DNA from: an uncultured Chloroflexia bacterium
GTDB taxonomy: Bacteria > Chloroflexota > Anaerolineae > JAAYZQ01
Length of the DNA: 64,000 nt
Direction: 5' to 3'
NCBI GenBank assembly: GCA_963700285.1
Contig: CAVOXA010000014.1
Span: 864,001-928,000 of the forward strand
Position 1 is the stretch's first letter, and each line of letters starts with the position of its first letter. Under the pieces are notes generated by a model. That model had not been told where the DNA came from and searched no databases. It saw only the letters and a list, made by a program, of their open reading frames with translations. Below, one piece after another: positions 18,957-29,214 of this stretch. A program made the position numbers and the translations under genes.

Positions 18957-21900
18957 CTATTGGCCCAGCCCCTCCGCCATTGCCTGGAGCACGGCGACCA
19001 GCGTCGTGCGCCAGCGGTCCCCATGGTCCAGCGGCAGCCATACGGCGCGCCGTGCCACGCGGGCCCGATCACCCAGCCTCCGCTGAAGCCAGGAACGGTC
19101 TATGTCCTCCAAGCTGCTGGCCCGGGCCAGAACCTGTTCTTCCTCGACCGTGATCGTCTCGGCTTCTGCAGCCAGAGCATACAGTTTCAGCCTCAACTGG
19201 TAGAACAGATTCTCAGCCTCGTCAGGCAGCGGGCCAAAGCGGTCCAGCAGTTCCAGACGCAGATCATCGATCTCGGACTGACTTGTGAGGCCGGCAAGCC
19301 GGCGGTAGAGTTGAAGACGCAACCCATCGTCGGGCACATAGGCATCGGGTAAACGAGCATCCAAGGGCAGGTTGATCCGTACAGCCCGCTCCAGTGGCAG
19401 AATCAACGCCGCTGCGGCATCTTTTGATAGGCTCGCGGAACGGTCCTGGGTCGCGATCTGCCTCTGCGCCTTGGCTTCCTGGACCGACTGAGCCAGCAGC
19501 CGGGTGTAGAGATCGAAACCGACAACTGCGATGTGGCCATGTTGGCGCGCTCCCAACAGATTGCCTGCACCGCGAATTTCCATATCGCGCATGGCAATGC
19601 GAAAGCCGGCGCCAAGCTCGGTCGCCTCGGCAATGGTCTCCAAACGTTGTTGAGCCTGCTCAGACAGGGAGGCCATCTTGGGATGGAGGAGATAGGCGTA
19701 GGCACGAAGCGCACCACGCCCAACCCGCCCTCGAAGCTGATAGAGCTGTGCAAGCCCAAATCGATCGGCGCGGTTCACGATGAGCGTGTTGGCATTGGGA
19801 ATGTCCAGCCCGCTCTCGATGATGCTGGTGCAGACGAGGACATCCACGTTGCCGGCCGCAAACTCAAGCATAGCCTGTTCCAGATCCCGCTCGGCCATTT
19901 GACCGTGGGCGACGAGGACACTGGCTTCGGGTACGAGTTTGCGCAGCCGTTGGGCCATTTGGTAGATGCCCATGACCCGATTGTGGACAAAGTAAACCTG
20001 CCCGCTCCGGTCCAACTCGCGCAAGATGGACTGGCGGATAAGCATTTCGTCATATTCACCGACATGGGTCCGTACCGGCAATCTCTCCTCAGGCGGCGTA
20101 TCAATGGTACTCATGTCACGCACACCGGTCAGTGACATGTGAAGCGTGCGGGGGATGGGGGTCGCTGTCAAGGTGAGGACATCGACCTCCTGACGCATCT
20201 GCTTGAGCTGCTCTTTGTGGACCACGCCAAATCGTTGCTCTTCGTCGATGATAAGCAGGCCCAGGTCCTTAAACACCACATCCTCGGAGAGAAGGCGATG
20301 AGTACCAATCACAATGTCCACGCCGCCCTCAAAGAGGCCATTCACCACTTCTTTCTGTTTTGCCTTGGTAAGGAACCGGGAGAGCATGCCGACTGTGACG
20401 GGAAAGGGCTTTAGCCGCTGGACAAAGGTCTCATAGTGCTGCTGGGCCAGGACTGTCGTAGGCACCAGCACAGCCACCTGCTTGCCATCCATCACGGCTT
20501 TGAATGCAGCCCGCAATGCCACCTCGGTCTTGCCATAGCCGACGTCACCGCAAACCAGGCGGTCCATGGGGCGAGAACGCTCCATGTCAGCTTTGATGTC
20601 ATCCAGGGCTCGCATTTGGGCATCAGTCTCTATGTAAGGGAATGAAGCCTCCAGTTCCGCTTGCCAGAAGGTATCGGAACTGAAAGCGTGGCCATCCACA
20701 ACCTCGCGAGCCGCATAGAGCGCCAGCAATTCATCAGCAATCTCCTCCACGGCCTTTTTGGCCCTGGCCTTGACACGCTCCCATTCGGCGGTACCCAAAC
20801 GATTGATGTGAGGTACATGCTCACCCACACCCACATACCGGCTCAGCCGATCGGCCTGATAGACAGGCACGTAGAGCTTGTCGCCGGCGGCATAGTCAAC
20901 CAGAAGATACTCTCGTTCGCCTCCGTCAACGCCCATCTTGACCAGACCCTGGAACAGGCCAATGCCATGCTCCACATGGACGACGTATGAGCCAGGTTTC
21001 ACATCGGCAAAGAACGCCTCAGGTGCCACGGGTCGCGAGCGACGGGAGCGCCTGGGAGCGGGCCGAGCCCAACCAAAGACCTCGGCATCGGTCAGCAGCG
21101 ACAAGCTGGAGGCCTGAGGCATGCCGGACGACAGTACCCAGCCTTCCGCCAGCGTGCCCTGAACGAGCGACAGGCTGCGGGGTGGAGGAGCTTTGACAAG
21201 ATGGTTGACGGGCGTCGCTGTGACCTCGCGGTCAGCCAGTAGCTCCGAGATGCGCTGCACCTGCCGGCTGACGAGTACCACCCGTTGGCCAGAATCGCGC
21301 ATCTGCTGGCAGCCATCCAGTACACGCTTCAACTGGCCTCCATACCGCTCGCCATGGCTGAAGGCTTGCGCCAGAGAACCAGGGCCAGGGTGGCCGGGGA
21401 TGCCTCCACGACCCAGGACAAGAGGCTGGCGCGACTGAAGGTTCTCCAGAAGATCATCCCAGAGGAAATAGGGCGTTGCGACGTCAGCAAAGTTGGAGGG
21501 CAGCTCGCCCGCCCTGACGAGGTCGGCCTGGAGCGCCTGAGCCTGGCGATCCAGATCCACCACGGTGGACAGCAACGAACTCCAGTCATCCACAACACAC
21601 AGAGCGCCCGCCGGCAAGTAATCTAGAATGGTCGCTGGTGAAGAGTAAAACATCGAGAGATAGAACTCGATGCCCCGAAAAAAAGTCCCCTGTTCAAGGT
21701 TCACCAGATCCTGCTGGTATTCGCGCCGAGACAACGGGTGACACAGACTGAGGTTCAGATCCCGGGCACGGTGGACAGCAAGCGGTGCAAGACGAGGTAG
21801 AGCCTCAGTGGCGGGTGACAGGGTGAAACGCTCGATCCGTTGCTGCGAGCGCTGCGTGATTGGAGCAAAGAGGCGCAGGCTGTCAATCTCGTCTCCAAAG

Positions 21901-22556
21901 AGTTCAATGCGCACGGGAGACGACATGTTGGGTGAAAAGATGTCAATCAGCCCACCGCGCCGGCTGAACGTACCCGGCTCGTCTACCACGGTCACCGGCC
22001 GGTAGCCGTGCGCCACCCACAGGGCGAGGGTTCGCTCAAGATCAAGCTCCTGCCCGAGCCGATACTCCCGCAGGCCCAGGCGGAATTCACGAACCGGCAA
22101 CGTCTTGTGTACCAGGGCTCGTGCCGAAGCGACGATCAAGGGCGGATCCCCAGATCCGTCAGACTGCCGCCAGCTCATCAATGTGGTCAGCGCCGCTATC
22201 CGGTCACTGACAGTCTCCCGCGACCAGGGGACCCTCTCGTAGGGCAGCGCATCGGGTTCGGGAAAGGCCACGATCGCATCAGAACCGCTCCAGAGGCCCA
22301 ATTGATCTGTCCAGAAGCTGACCCGCTCGGCGCGCGCAGTGAGAAGGATGATGGGACGGTTCAGTTGTCGATACAGACCAGCAAGAAGATATGGACGTGC
22401 TGACGAAATGACGTCCAAGCCCTGTACATGAGGCGGTGGGTCCACCTCCTGGGGGGGGCGCTGCAGGGAGTCGGCCAGCATCCGCTGAAGATTGGCCACC
22501 AGTTGCTGAAAGGCAGGGACATCTTCGATGAGAGGCAAAAGACCAGAGAGGTTCAC
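18957..22556 (-). CDS. mfd: Transcription-repair coupling factor
   Basis: VVHVEHGIG (RID), [28 protein letters not shown] and QLRGRVGR motifs plus TRCF C-domain. Confidence 0.97.
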   Translation of the reverse strand: MNLSGLLPLIEDVPAFQQLVANLQRMLADSLQRPPQEVDPPPHVQGLDVISSARPYLLAGLYRQLNRPIILLTARAERVSFWTDQLGLWSGSDAIVAFPEPDALPYERVPWSRETVSDRIAALTTLMSWRQSDGSGDPPLIVASARALVHKTLPVREFRLGLREYRLGQELDLERTLALWVAHGYRPVTVVDEPGTFSRRGGLIDIFSPNMSSPVRIELFGDEIDSLRLFAPITQRSQQRIERFTLSPATEALPRLAPLAVHRARDLNLSLCHPLSRREYQQDLVNLEQGTFFRGIEFYLSMFYSSPATILDYLPAGALCVVDDWSSLLSTVVDLDRQAQALQADLVRAGELPSNFADVATPYFLWDDLLENLQSRQPLVLGRGGIPGHPGPGSLAQAFSHGERYGGQLKRVLDGCQQMRDSGQRVVLVSRQVQRISELLADREVTATPVNHLVKAPPPRSLSLVQGTLAEGWVLSSGMPQASSLSLLTDAEVFGWARPAPRRSRRSRPVAPEAFFADVKPGSYVVHVEHGIGLFQGLVKMGVDGGEREYLLVDYAAGDKLYVPVYQADRLSRYVGVGEHVPHINRLGTAEWERVKARAKKAVEEIADELLALYAAREVVDGHAFSSDTFWQAELEASFPYIETDAQMRALDDIKADMERSRPMDRLVCGDVGYGKTEVALRAAFKAVMDGKQVAVLVPTTVLAQQHYETFVQRLKPFPVTVGMLSRFLTKAKQKEVVNGLFEGGVDIVIGTHRLLSEDVVFKDLGLLIIDEEQRFGVVHKEQLKQMRQEVDVLTLTATPIPRTLHMSLTGVRDMSTIDTPPEERLPVRTHVGEYDEMLIRQSILRELDRSGQVYFVHNRVMGIYQMAQRLRKLVPEASVLVAHGQMAERDLEQAMLEFAAGNVDVLVCTSIIESGLDIPNANTLIVNRADRFGLAQLYQLRGRVGRGALRAYAYLLHPKMASLSEQAQQRLETIAEATELGAGFRIAMRDMEIRGAGNLLGARQHGHIAVVGFDLYTRLLAQSVQEAKAQRQIATQDRSASLSKDAAAALILPLERAVRINLPLDARLPDAYVPDDGLRLQLYRRLAGLTSQSEIDDLRLELLDRFGPLPDEAENLFYQLRLKLYALAAEAETITVEEEQVLARASSLEDIDRSWLQRRLGDRARVARRAVWLPLDHGDRWRTTLVAVLQAMAEGLGQ

Positions 22557-23215
22557 GACAATGTCTCCTGATGAGGCTCCCCGGCGCAGGATACCATTCG
22601 GTTGAACCTGTCCATCGCAGCGATGATCCCCTCAGTCAAGGTACACTCAACAGCCGCCACCGCCTGCCGCACAACCTCCGCCACGATAACCTCTTCATCC
22701 TCCGCAAAGGGTTGGAGCACATAGTCTGCCGGATCCATGCGCCCCGAAGGACGGTCTATCCCAATTCGCAGACGGGCAAAGGACTGCGTGCCCAACAAGT
22801 CGATGATCGAGCGCATTCCCTTGTGTCCACCCGAACCTCCTTCGGGACGCAGCCGCAAACGTCCCAGGGGCAGATCCAGGTCATCACACACCACAAGAAT
22901 CTTCTCTGGAGATACCTCAAAGTGGCGGCTCATGCGGCTCACAGCCCTGCCACTCAAATTCATAAAGGTCTGCGGTTTAGCAAGGATCACGTTCTGGCCA
23001 CAGATCTCGCCCTCGGCAATACGTTCCTTGCCCTTGCGCCGTGTGAAAGCAAGCCCATGCTTGCCAGCCAGCGCATCTACAACTCTAAACCCGAGGTTGT
23101 GCCGATGGTCAGCATACTCTGGCCCTGGGTTCCCCAATCCGACCACCAACCTCACGCTGCCGTTTGTATCCCCAGTCGCCGTTTCAGGCTGACCGCACAA
23201 AACTGGCTTGTCCAT
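22553..23215 (-). CDS. pth: Peptidyl-tRNA hydrolase
   Basis: VGLGNPG.EY...RHNLGF, KPQTFMNLSG, GGSGGHKG and RLRIGI motifs in canonical pth-mfd synteny. Confidence 0.95.
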   Translation of the reverse strand: MDKPVLCGQPETATGDTNGSVRLVVGLGNPGPEYADHRHNLGFRVVDALAGKHGLAFTRRKGKERIAEGEICGQNVILAKPQTFMNLSGRAVSRMSRHFEVSPEKILVVCDDLDLPLGRLRLRPEGGSGGHKGMRSIIDLLGTQSFARLRIGIDRPSGRMDPADYVLQPFAEDEEVIVAEVVRQAVAAVECTLTEGIIAAMDRFNRMVSCAGEPHQETLS

Positions 23216-23355
23216 GACTCTCTTGTTCCTGGCAGACGGACTGCACTACATTAACAGTGAGAATCGGTCCGAAAACTCGGCCGGCGGGCTGTGTCAATCT
23301 CAACTACACCCTCGAGGCAGAACTGGAGATGCTCAGAGAGGTACCAAAGCGCAGC

Positions 23356-24102
23356 TCAGTCCTCATAGACTCCCAGGGCCTCTCGACTCCGCCGATAGAA
23401 CCAGCGCACAAAGCTGACCAAGCCTGCTTTGAAGGCGAAAAAGAGCCCTATCCCGGCAAAGATGGCAATGGTAGCCCCTGCTCCCCAACAACCCGCATCG
23501 CCCACATTCTGAAACGGCAGATCGACTCGCTCAGGGGTTGGCAAAGGCGGGGCAGTTGGCAAAGGGGTGGTCGATGGTCTGGGCGTCGGACTGGACAAGA
23601 TCGGCACTCCAATGACGATCGTCAGCGTGGGAGAAGGCGTCTCTGTTGGTGCAGCCAGCGTGGGCGATGTCTCCGGGGTTGGCGTTTCGGTCGGTCTCGA
23701 ATTTGCCAGCTGAATCCCTCGCACAAAGTACTCATCATAGTTGCCATCGGCGCGCACCAACCGCAGGCGCAGACTGTAGAGCCCATCAGGGATGATGGTT
23801 GTATCCCACAGCGCCAGCCGGCCCTGCACGACTGGGACGCTGAAAGGCGAACCGCCCACGGGTGTCCACTGGTCATTGGGATTCGGTTCCGGGCCATAGT
23901 GTAGCTCGTATTTCTGGAATTGTGGATGGGTAGCGCTGCCTTCAAGGGGAACCAACCCCCGGACCGTAGCGCGGTCGCGGGGTGACGATATTTGGCCCAA
24001 CGCCTGAGCTGGTGGCATGGGCAGTGGCGCCGCCACGATGCGAACCAGTGGGGCTACCACGATAAGCAGAACCAGAAGCGTGACGGTCACGAGCCTATGC
24101 AT
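23356..24102 (-). CDS. Exported/membrane protein: signal peptide, Ig-like domain, Pro/Thr linker, C-terminal TM anchor
   Basis: Hydrophobic N-terminus, ISSP...WDTT..PDG.Y.LRL beta-rich domain, PTETPTP repeats, and a TM followed by a basic tail. Start is 24102 or 24129. Promoter TTGTCA-17-TACACT at 24137-24165. Confidence 0.7.
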   Translation of the reverse strand: MHRLVTVTLLVLLIVVAPLVRIVAAPLPMPPAQALGQISSPRDRATVRGLVPLEGSATHPQFQKYELHYGPEPNPNDQWTPVGGSPFSVPVVQGRLALWDTTIIPDGLYSLRLRLVRADGNYDEYFVRGIQLANSRPTETPTPETSPTLAAPTETPSPTLTIVIGVPILSSPTPRPSTTPLPTAPPLPTPERVDLPFQNVGDAGCWGAGATIAIFAGIGLFFAFKAGLVSFVRWFYRRSREALGVYED

Positions 24103-24231
24103 CAAACCTGTTCTCCGCGTCCGAGACAATCATAAAAGTGTAGCATAGAACAAAAAAGATGACAAAACCGGCGGTATGGCAGGAACAAGTACGGCCGGTA
24201 GGAAAAGAGCAGCACGCCAGTCTGACTCTGA

Positions 24232-25152
24232 TTACACGTCAAAAAGCCCCTCAACACTGAGATAGCCCTGGCCGGCGTCGGCAAAGATGATGACAATGGT
24301 CTTGCCTGCGTTCTCCGTGCGACGGGCAAGTTCCAGAGCGACGCTAGCCGACGCCCCCGAGGTGATGCCCACCAGTATTCCCTCCTTGGCCGCGATCTCG
24401 CGGCAAGCGGCAAACGCATCCCCCACCCGAACAGTGACAATGTCGTCCATGAGATCCCTATCAAAGAGCTCCGGTACGAACCCTGGGCCAATGCCCAACA
24501 GCCTGTGCGGCTGAAACTCTCCTTGGGACAAAAGCGCGGCACCCTCCGGCTCAAAGCCGATGCATTGCAGCGATGGCTTGCGGGCTTTGAGCGCGCTGGC
24601 TACACCGGTCATGGTACCGCAGGACCCCAGGCCATGGATAAAGATGTCTACCCCTCCCCCGGTATCTCGCCAGATTTCCTCGGCCGTGGTTTCGCGGTGG
24701 CTCTGGGCGTTGACCGGATTGTGGTGCTGCTCGAGGTAAAAGGAATTGGGCAGGCCGGAGGCCAGTTCCTGGGCCCTTTCGCGCGAGCCCCGAATGCCTT
24801 GCTCGGCCGGTGTGAGGATCAGTTCAGCACCCAGCGCACGCAGCAGCTGCTTGTGCTCATCACTCATCAACTCTGACATGCAGATGACGACGTGGTAGCC
24901 TTTAAGCCGGCCGATAAACGTCATCGCAACACCCGCATTGCCACTGCTGGCTTCGACGATCGTACCCCCCGGACGCAACTTCCCCGAGCGCTCGGCCTCC
25001 TCAATCATGTAGAGAGCCGGCCGGTCCTTCAGGCTGTAAGGATTGAAGGTCTCAAGTTTGGCCAGGATCTGGACATCCAGACCAGCGGCCAGACGGTTAA
25101 GCCGCAGCATCGGCGTCTGGCCGATCAGTTCGCAGAGATTCTCATAGATCAT
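24232..25152 (-). CDS. PLP-dependent cysteine synthase family protein (divergent CysK-like)
   Basis: KLETFNPYSLKDR (PLP Lys), EASSGNAG and GILVGITSGA motifs. GGAGGA SD before ATG 25152. Confidence 0.85.
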   Translation of the reverse strand: MIYENLCELIGQTPMLRLNRLAAGLDVQILAKLETFNPYSLKDRPALYMIEEAERSGKLRPGGTIVEASSGNAGVAMTFIGRLKGYHVVICMSELMSDEHKQLLRALGAELILTPAEQGIRGSRERAQELASGLPNSFYLEQHHNPVNAQSHRETTAEEIWRDTGGGVDIFIHGLGSCGTMTGVASALKARKPSLQCIGFEPEGAALLSQGEFQPHRLLGIGPGFVPELFDRDLMDDIVTVRVGDAFAACREIAAKEGILVGITSGASASVALELARRTENAGKTIVIIFADAGQGYLSVEGLFDV

Positions 25153-25165
25153 CAAGTCCTCCAAC

Positions 25166-25774
25166 TCACGAGATTAGGTCTGCACAAAGCTTGATTGCGA
25201 AGCCAATCAGGAAGACCCCTACGACCCGATTGAGCCACACCGAAAGCTGGTCTGAAAGCACATGCTCTAGCGAATGGCCAACCAGGGCCACGACAGTTAA
25301 GAAGAGAAACGTCGCCATAACACAGCCAAGAGCAAAAAGAGCAAGCCCGTCATCCCCACCCGACTCCCTAGTGGAGATCATCGCGCCCAACACACCGGCC
25401 CAGAAGAGAATGGTCAAGGGATTCGTAAGAGTCAGCCCCACGCCGTAGGCAAAACTCTTGACGGGCGATTCATCCTGGCGCTCAACCTGGACCGCATGCA
25501 CCGGCGTACGCAGGTATCGCAGGCCAAAATAGAATAGTAGCAGCGCCCCGGCCAGACCGACGGCATTCCGGGCAGGACCGATCTGCAGAATGGCCGAGAT
25601 GCCAACGAGGGACAGCAAGATGTAAAAAGCGTCCGCCAGAACGACACCCCACACCATCGAGAAAGCATGGCTGAACCCTTGCGTTAGCCCCTTGTGCAGC
25701 ACCGCGATACATACTGGACCGACAGAAACCTGCAGAATCAGACCAAAGCCCAGGCCTTGCCACAGATCGCTCAA
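25166..25774 (-). CDS. LysE/RhtB family amino acid exporter
   Basis: G.ILQVSVGP, GVVLAD and LTLTNPLTILFW motifs with about 6 TM helices. The TTG start overlaps the upstream TGA. Confidence 0.88.
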   Translation of the reverse strand: MSDLWQGLGFGLILQVSVGPVCIAVLHKGLTQGFSHAFSMVWGVVLADAFYILLSLVGISAILQIGPARNAVGLAGALLLFYFGLRYLRTPVHAVQVERQDESPVKSFAYGVGLTLTNPLTILFWAGVLGAMISTRESGGDDGLALFALGCVMATFLFLTVVALVGHSLEHVLSDQLSVWLNRVVGVFLIGFAIKLCADLIS

Positions 25775-26013
25775 CGTGCAGCCTTTGTGACCATGTCCAT
25801 CAGCCGGCGAGCATCTATGTCGTAAGGCTGCCCGGTCAAGCCCCCACAACTGTGGCGGCCTTTGCCACAACAAAGATCCAGCACGGAAGCCCCGCGACTG
25901 ATCCCCAAAAGCGCGGTGAGCGAATCAACCTCCTCCGGAGCGACCTCCCGGTGATGCTGGCTGAAAATCGGCATCGTCTCCCAGAAGCGGTCTTGCTCGT
26001 GCCACGCTGCCAT
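25771..26013 (-). pseudogene. Class I SAM methyltransferase remnant with in-frame internal deletion
   Basis: 80 aa. Motif I VLDLCCGKGRHS is followed immediately by a C-terminal-type GGLTGQPYDIDARRL segment, so the core strands are missing. Confidence 0.7.
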
Positions 26014-26146
26014 CCTGACTGCCTCCTGCTCCAAAGTTGAACCCACGGACTGCAGAGGCACAGAGTATAGCATGGTCTTTGAAGAGTCGCAAGCCACAAT
26101 CCCAGCCCCACGGCCCGTCAATCCAACAATCAGGGATCCGGCTCGA

Positions 26147-26175
26147 TTGACAGCCTGCAGGTTGTGCGGTATAGT
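26147..26175 (+). promoter_or_regulatory. Sigma70-type promoter for dihydropyrimidinase
   Basis: TTGACA-17 bp-TATAGT. Confidence 0.65.
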
Positions 26176-26252
26176 ACCAGGGTCCTCTGCGGTTGCCATC
26201 AGCCAGAGGACATCTGGGATTCCGACTGAAAACTGGACGAGGGGGAGGAGTC

Positions 26253-27620
26253 ATGTTCGACGTTGCCATCATCAACGGGACATTGATTACAGCAGAGGCC
26301 AGTACACAAGCGGACCTTGGCATCACGGACGGCCAGATCGCTGCCGTGGGCACGGGGCTGACCGCGCGCCGGACGATCGATGCGGCAGGGATGCTGGTAC
26401 TGCCGGGAGCCGTGGATGAACACGTGCACCTCCAGATGCCAGTCGGTGATTTTGCATCAAGCGACGATTTCTACAGCGGTACAGTGGCCGCCGCCTGCGG
26501 CGGCACGACCACAGTGATAGACTTTGTCGAGCCTCAACCGGATCAATTGCTTCTGGAGGCGCTCCTTGCTCGCCGGGCCGAGGCTGATGGTAAGGCAACG
26601 ATCGACTATGGTCTGCACATGACGCTGCGGCAAGCCGACGACACGACTCTGGCCCAGATCCCCGAATCAATCAAAGCCGGTTCGGCCAGTTTCAAGCTAT
26701 ACATGGCCTATGAGGGCATACGGTTGGACGATGGCGGCCTTTTTCGGGCGCTGGCAGCACTCAGGGAACAGGGCGGCAGGGTACTGGTCCACGCCGAGAA
26801 TCACCACGCCATCGCCTACCTGACCGCTCAGGCATTGGCGCAAGGGCGCACTGGCCCTGAGAATCACCCTCTCACCCGACCAGCGGTGATGGAAGCCGAG
26901 GCGATCCACCGTTTGCTGGCAATCGCCTATGTCGCCGGCTCCCCGGTGGTGTTGGCCCACCTGTCCTGCGCCCTGGGCCTGGAGAAAGTACGGGCCGCCC
27001 GCACGCGGGGGCAGACCGTGTGGGTTGAAACCTGCCCCCAGTACCTGCTCCTGGACGAGAGTGAGTATCGTCGTCCGGGGTTCGAGGGAGCCAAATTCGT
27101 GATGGCGCCACCGCCTCGCACCAAAGCGGACCGGGCCGCGCTTTGGGCTGGCTTGGCGGCCGGCGAGGTCAATACAGTCGCCACCGACCACTGTCCCTTC
27201 CTCTATGAAACGCAAAAGACGCGAGGGCGCGAGGATTTCACCCTCATCCCGGGTGGCGCACCGGGTATTGAGACTCGCCTGACCCTGACTTACAACCATG
27301 GGGTTCGGCCTGGGATCCTGAGCCCGCAGCGCTGGGTGGAGGCATGCTGCACGGAACCGGCGCGCCGCTTTGGGCTGGCGCCGCAGAAGGGAACACTGGC
27401 CGTGGGTACCGATGCAGATGTGGTAGTCTTTGATCCCCAACGAAAAGTCACACTCGCAGCCGAGACCCTGCACCAAAAGGTGGACTATTGCCCCTATGAG
27501 GGCTGGAAAGTACGCGGCTACCCAGTGACCGTCCTCTCAAAGGGGCAGATCATCGTGCAAGACGGTTCGTTTGTGGGCGCCGCCGGCCACGGGCAGTTCC
27601 TGCACACGGAACCACTTTGA
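26253..27620 (+). CDS. hydA: Dihydropyrimidinase / D-hydantoinase
   Basis: PGAVDEHVH, GGTTTVIDF, SFKLYMAY (carbamylated Lys), VHAEN, ETCPQYL and ATDHCPF motifs. Confidence 0.92.
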   Translation: MFDVAIINGTLITAEASTQADLGITDGQIAAVGTGLTARRTIDAAGMLVLPGAVDEHVHLQMPVGDFASSDDFYSGTVAAACGGTTTVIDFVEPQPDQLLLEALLARRAEADGKATIDYGLHMTLRQADDTTLAQIPESIKAGSASFKLYMAYEGIRLDDGGLFRALAALREQGGRVLVHAENHHAIAYLTAQALAQGRTGPENHPLTRPAVMEAEAIHRLLAIAYVAGSPVVLAHLSCALGLEKVRAARTRGQTVWVETCPQYLLLDESEYRRPGFEGAKFVMAPPPRTKADRAALWAGLAAGEVNTVATDHCPFLYETQKTRGREDFTLIPGGAPGIETRLTLTYNHGVRPGILSPQRWVEACCTEPARRFGLAPQKGTLAVGTDADVVVFDPQRKVTLAAETLHQKVDYCPYEGWKVRGYPVTVLSKGQIIVQDGSFVGAAGHGQFLHTEPL

Positions 27621-27794
27621 GTTCACTTGGCGGGCGGCGCCTTTGCTTCACTGCCTTTTTCCCTCGGGGACAATGTGACATGCTGGCCGCAACGCCGCGA
27701 GTGAGAAAGATCATTGCCCAAACCCGTCCTTCTCCCCAGCAAAGCGGGCGATCGTCGGCGTGCTCTCGTTCTGTATCCAGTGAACGGCCAATAG

Positions 27795-27820
27795 AAAACC
27801 CCGCCTGTGGATGGCGGGGT
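27795..27820 (-). terminator. Intrinsic terminator for the minus-strand response-regulator genes
   Basis: ACCCCGCC-7 nt loop-GGCGGGGT stem followed by TTTT on the minus strand. Confidence 0.6.
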
Positions 27821-27858
27821 CCCAAATAAGTGCGCGCAAGCGGCTCAATATCCTGTGT

Positions 27859-28251
27859 TCAGTGCAGACAGGCCTGAACCTCCTCCAGCAACCCATCCAT
27901 ACCCAGGAGAGTATGAGCGTAATAGTAGGTATGGCTATTTTCGCCGTTGCGGCTTTTTCGCTGAAGCTCACGGATCTGGTCATCGCCAGAAAAACTCACA
28001 AAGAGAAAAGGTACATCGGCCCAATGAGGAGTTTTTCGGATCTGCTCGGAAATACGGTGACCATCAGACGCTGAACTGGAGAGGTCCACGATGACGAGGT
28101 TTGGCGCAACAGCACGCATCGGCTGGTCTGAGCCCACCCAGCTTGATGACATATCCACATTATAACCAACCAACTGCAGCAGGTCGGCTACACCCTCAAC
28201 TATAGAAGAACTCTGGCCGATCACCAGAATCCGTCGTCTGCCGTTGTTCAT
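27859..28251 (-). CDS. Stand-alone atypical (pseudo-)receiver domain protein
   Basis: RILVI...GY.V...PNLVIVD...DG..I...IR......VP.LFVS receiver pattern. The acidic pair and the conserved Lys appear to be missing. Confidence 0.65.
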   Translation of the reverse strand: MNNGRRRILVIGQSSSIVEGVADLLQLVGYNVDMSSSWVGSDQPMRAVAPNLVIVDLSSSASDGHRISEQIRKTPHWADVPFLFVSFSGDDQIRELQRKSRNGENSHTYYYAHTLLGMDGLLEEVQACLH

Positions 28252-28442
28252 TTCGTGCCATCTTCCACATGCTACCGGTATTCAAACGCCGGTCAAAGTA
28301 CCCAGACTTTGGAGTGTACACGACCATAATAGCATAGGAAGACAAAAGATGATATCCACCCCAGGGAGGATGTCAGGAGGTAGATTTTCTGAGCCCATGG
28401 ATTACGGCATGCGATCAATTGGTACTACCATACCTTGCCGTA

Positions 28443-29111
28443 TCAAGTCCTGGGTTCTGGGACGAGACCATTTCTCATGGCAAACAGACGCAGCTCAGCC
28501 TTGCTGGCAAGATTCAGCTTGTTGTATATATTGCGTAAGTGCGTCTTGATGGTCTTTTCGCTGAGATAGAGCTCTGTCGCAATATCCGCGTTCTTGAGGC
28601 CTCGGCTTGCCAGCTCAAAGACCTCCCGCTCGCGCGGCGTCAGCGCGTGGAGCGCTTCTTCTTGGCGGCCTGACTCTGCTTGGAGACGGCTCAGCTGTTG
28701 CACAACCTTGGCAGCCACTGATGGCGCCAAAAGTACCTCGCCCCGGTACACGGACCGGATATTGTCCGCTAGGCGCTCGCCGCTTACCGTCTTGAGCACA
28801 TAGCCTGAAGCCCCAGAGATCAACGCAGAACTCACTTCGTCGTCGTCGTCGTAAGCCGACAAGATCAATACCTTCGACTTGGGGCTCTTGCGGAGCAGCT
28901 CACGGCAAAAGTCCGCGCCATTGCCATCGGGCAGGTGCAGATCCAGGAGGATCACATCAGGTTCCACCTCAGCCATCATCGCCAATGCCTCATCCCCCCG
29001 GCTAGCCTCACCAATTACGTCAAAGTCCTCTTCCAGGTCTAGCAGAGCCCGTAGGCCCTCACGGAAGACAACATGATCGTCGACGATTAGCATCTCAAGC
29101 ATAGCCATCAC
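28443..29111 (-). CDS. NarL/LuxR family DNA-binding response regulator
   Basis: IVDDH..FREGL, ILLD, GYVLK and LTPREREV...N..IA..L.LSEKTIKTH motifs. Confidence 0.95.
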   Translation of the reverse strand: MMAMLEMLIVDDHVVFREGLRALLDLEEDFDVIGEASRGDEALAMMAEVEPDVILLDLHLPDGNGADFCRELLRKSPKSKVLILSAYDDDDEVSSALISGASGYVLKTVSGERLADNIRSVYRGEVLLAPSVAAKVVQQLSRLQAESGRQEEALHALTPREREVFELASRGLKNADIATELYLSEKTIKTHLRNIYNKLNLASKAELRLFAMRNGLVPEPRT

Positions 29112-29214
29112 TCTCCCTCTGCGGTTTCACCCTACGCTCCAACCGGTCTCTGCTCGTGGACAACCCGCCCACTGCGAGAGCGCCAGGGCCAGTTGCGCCG
29201 GTATCCAACCCGCT

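Noticed and set aside
27680-27792. Loosely self-complementary intergenic stretch (6S- or SRP-like?)
   Set aside because: The ends pair (TGGCCG/CGGCCA), but it is short for 6S, lacks the SRP GGAA-loop motif and has no convincing promoter. An Rfam scan would be needed.
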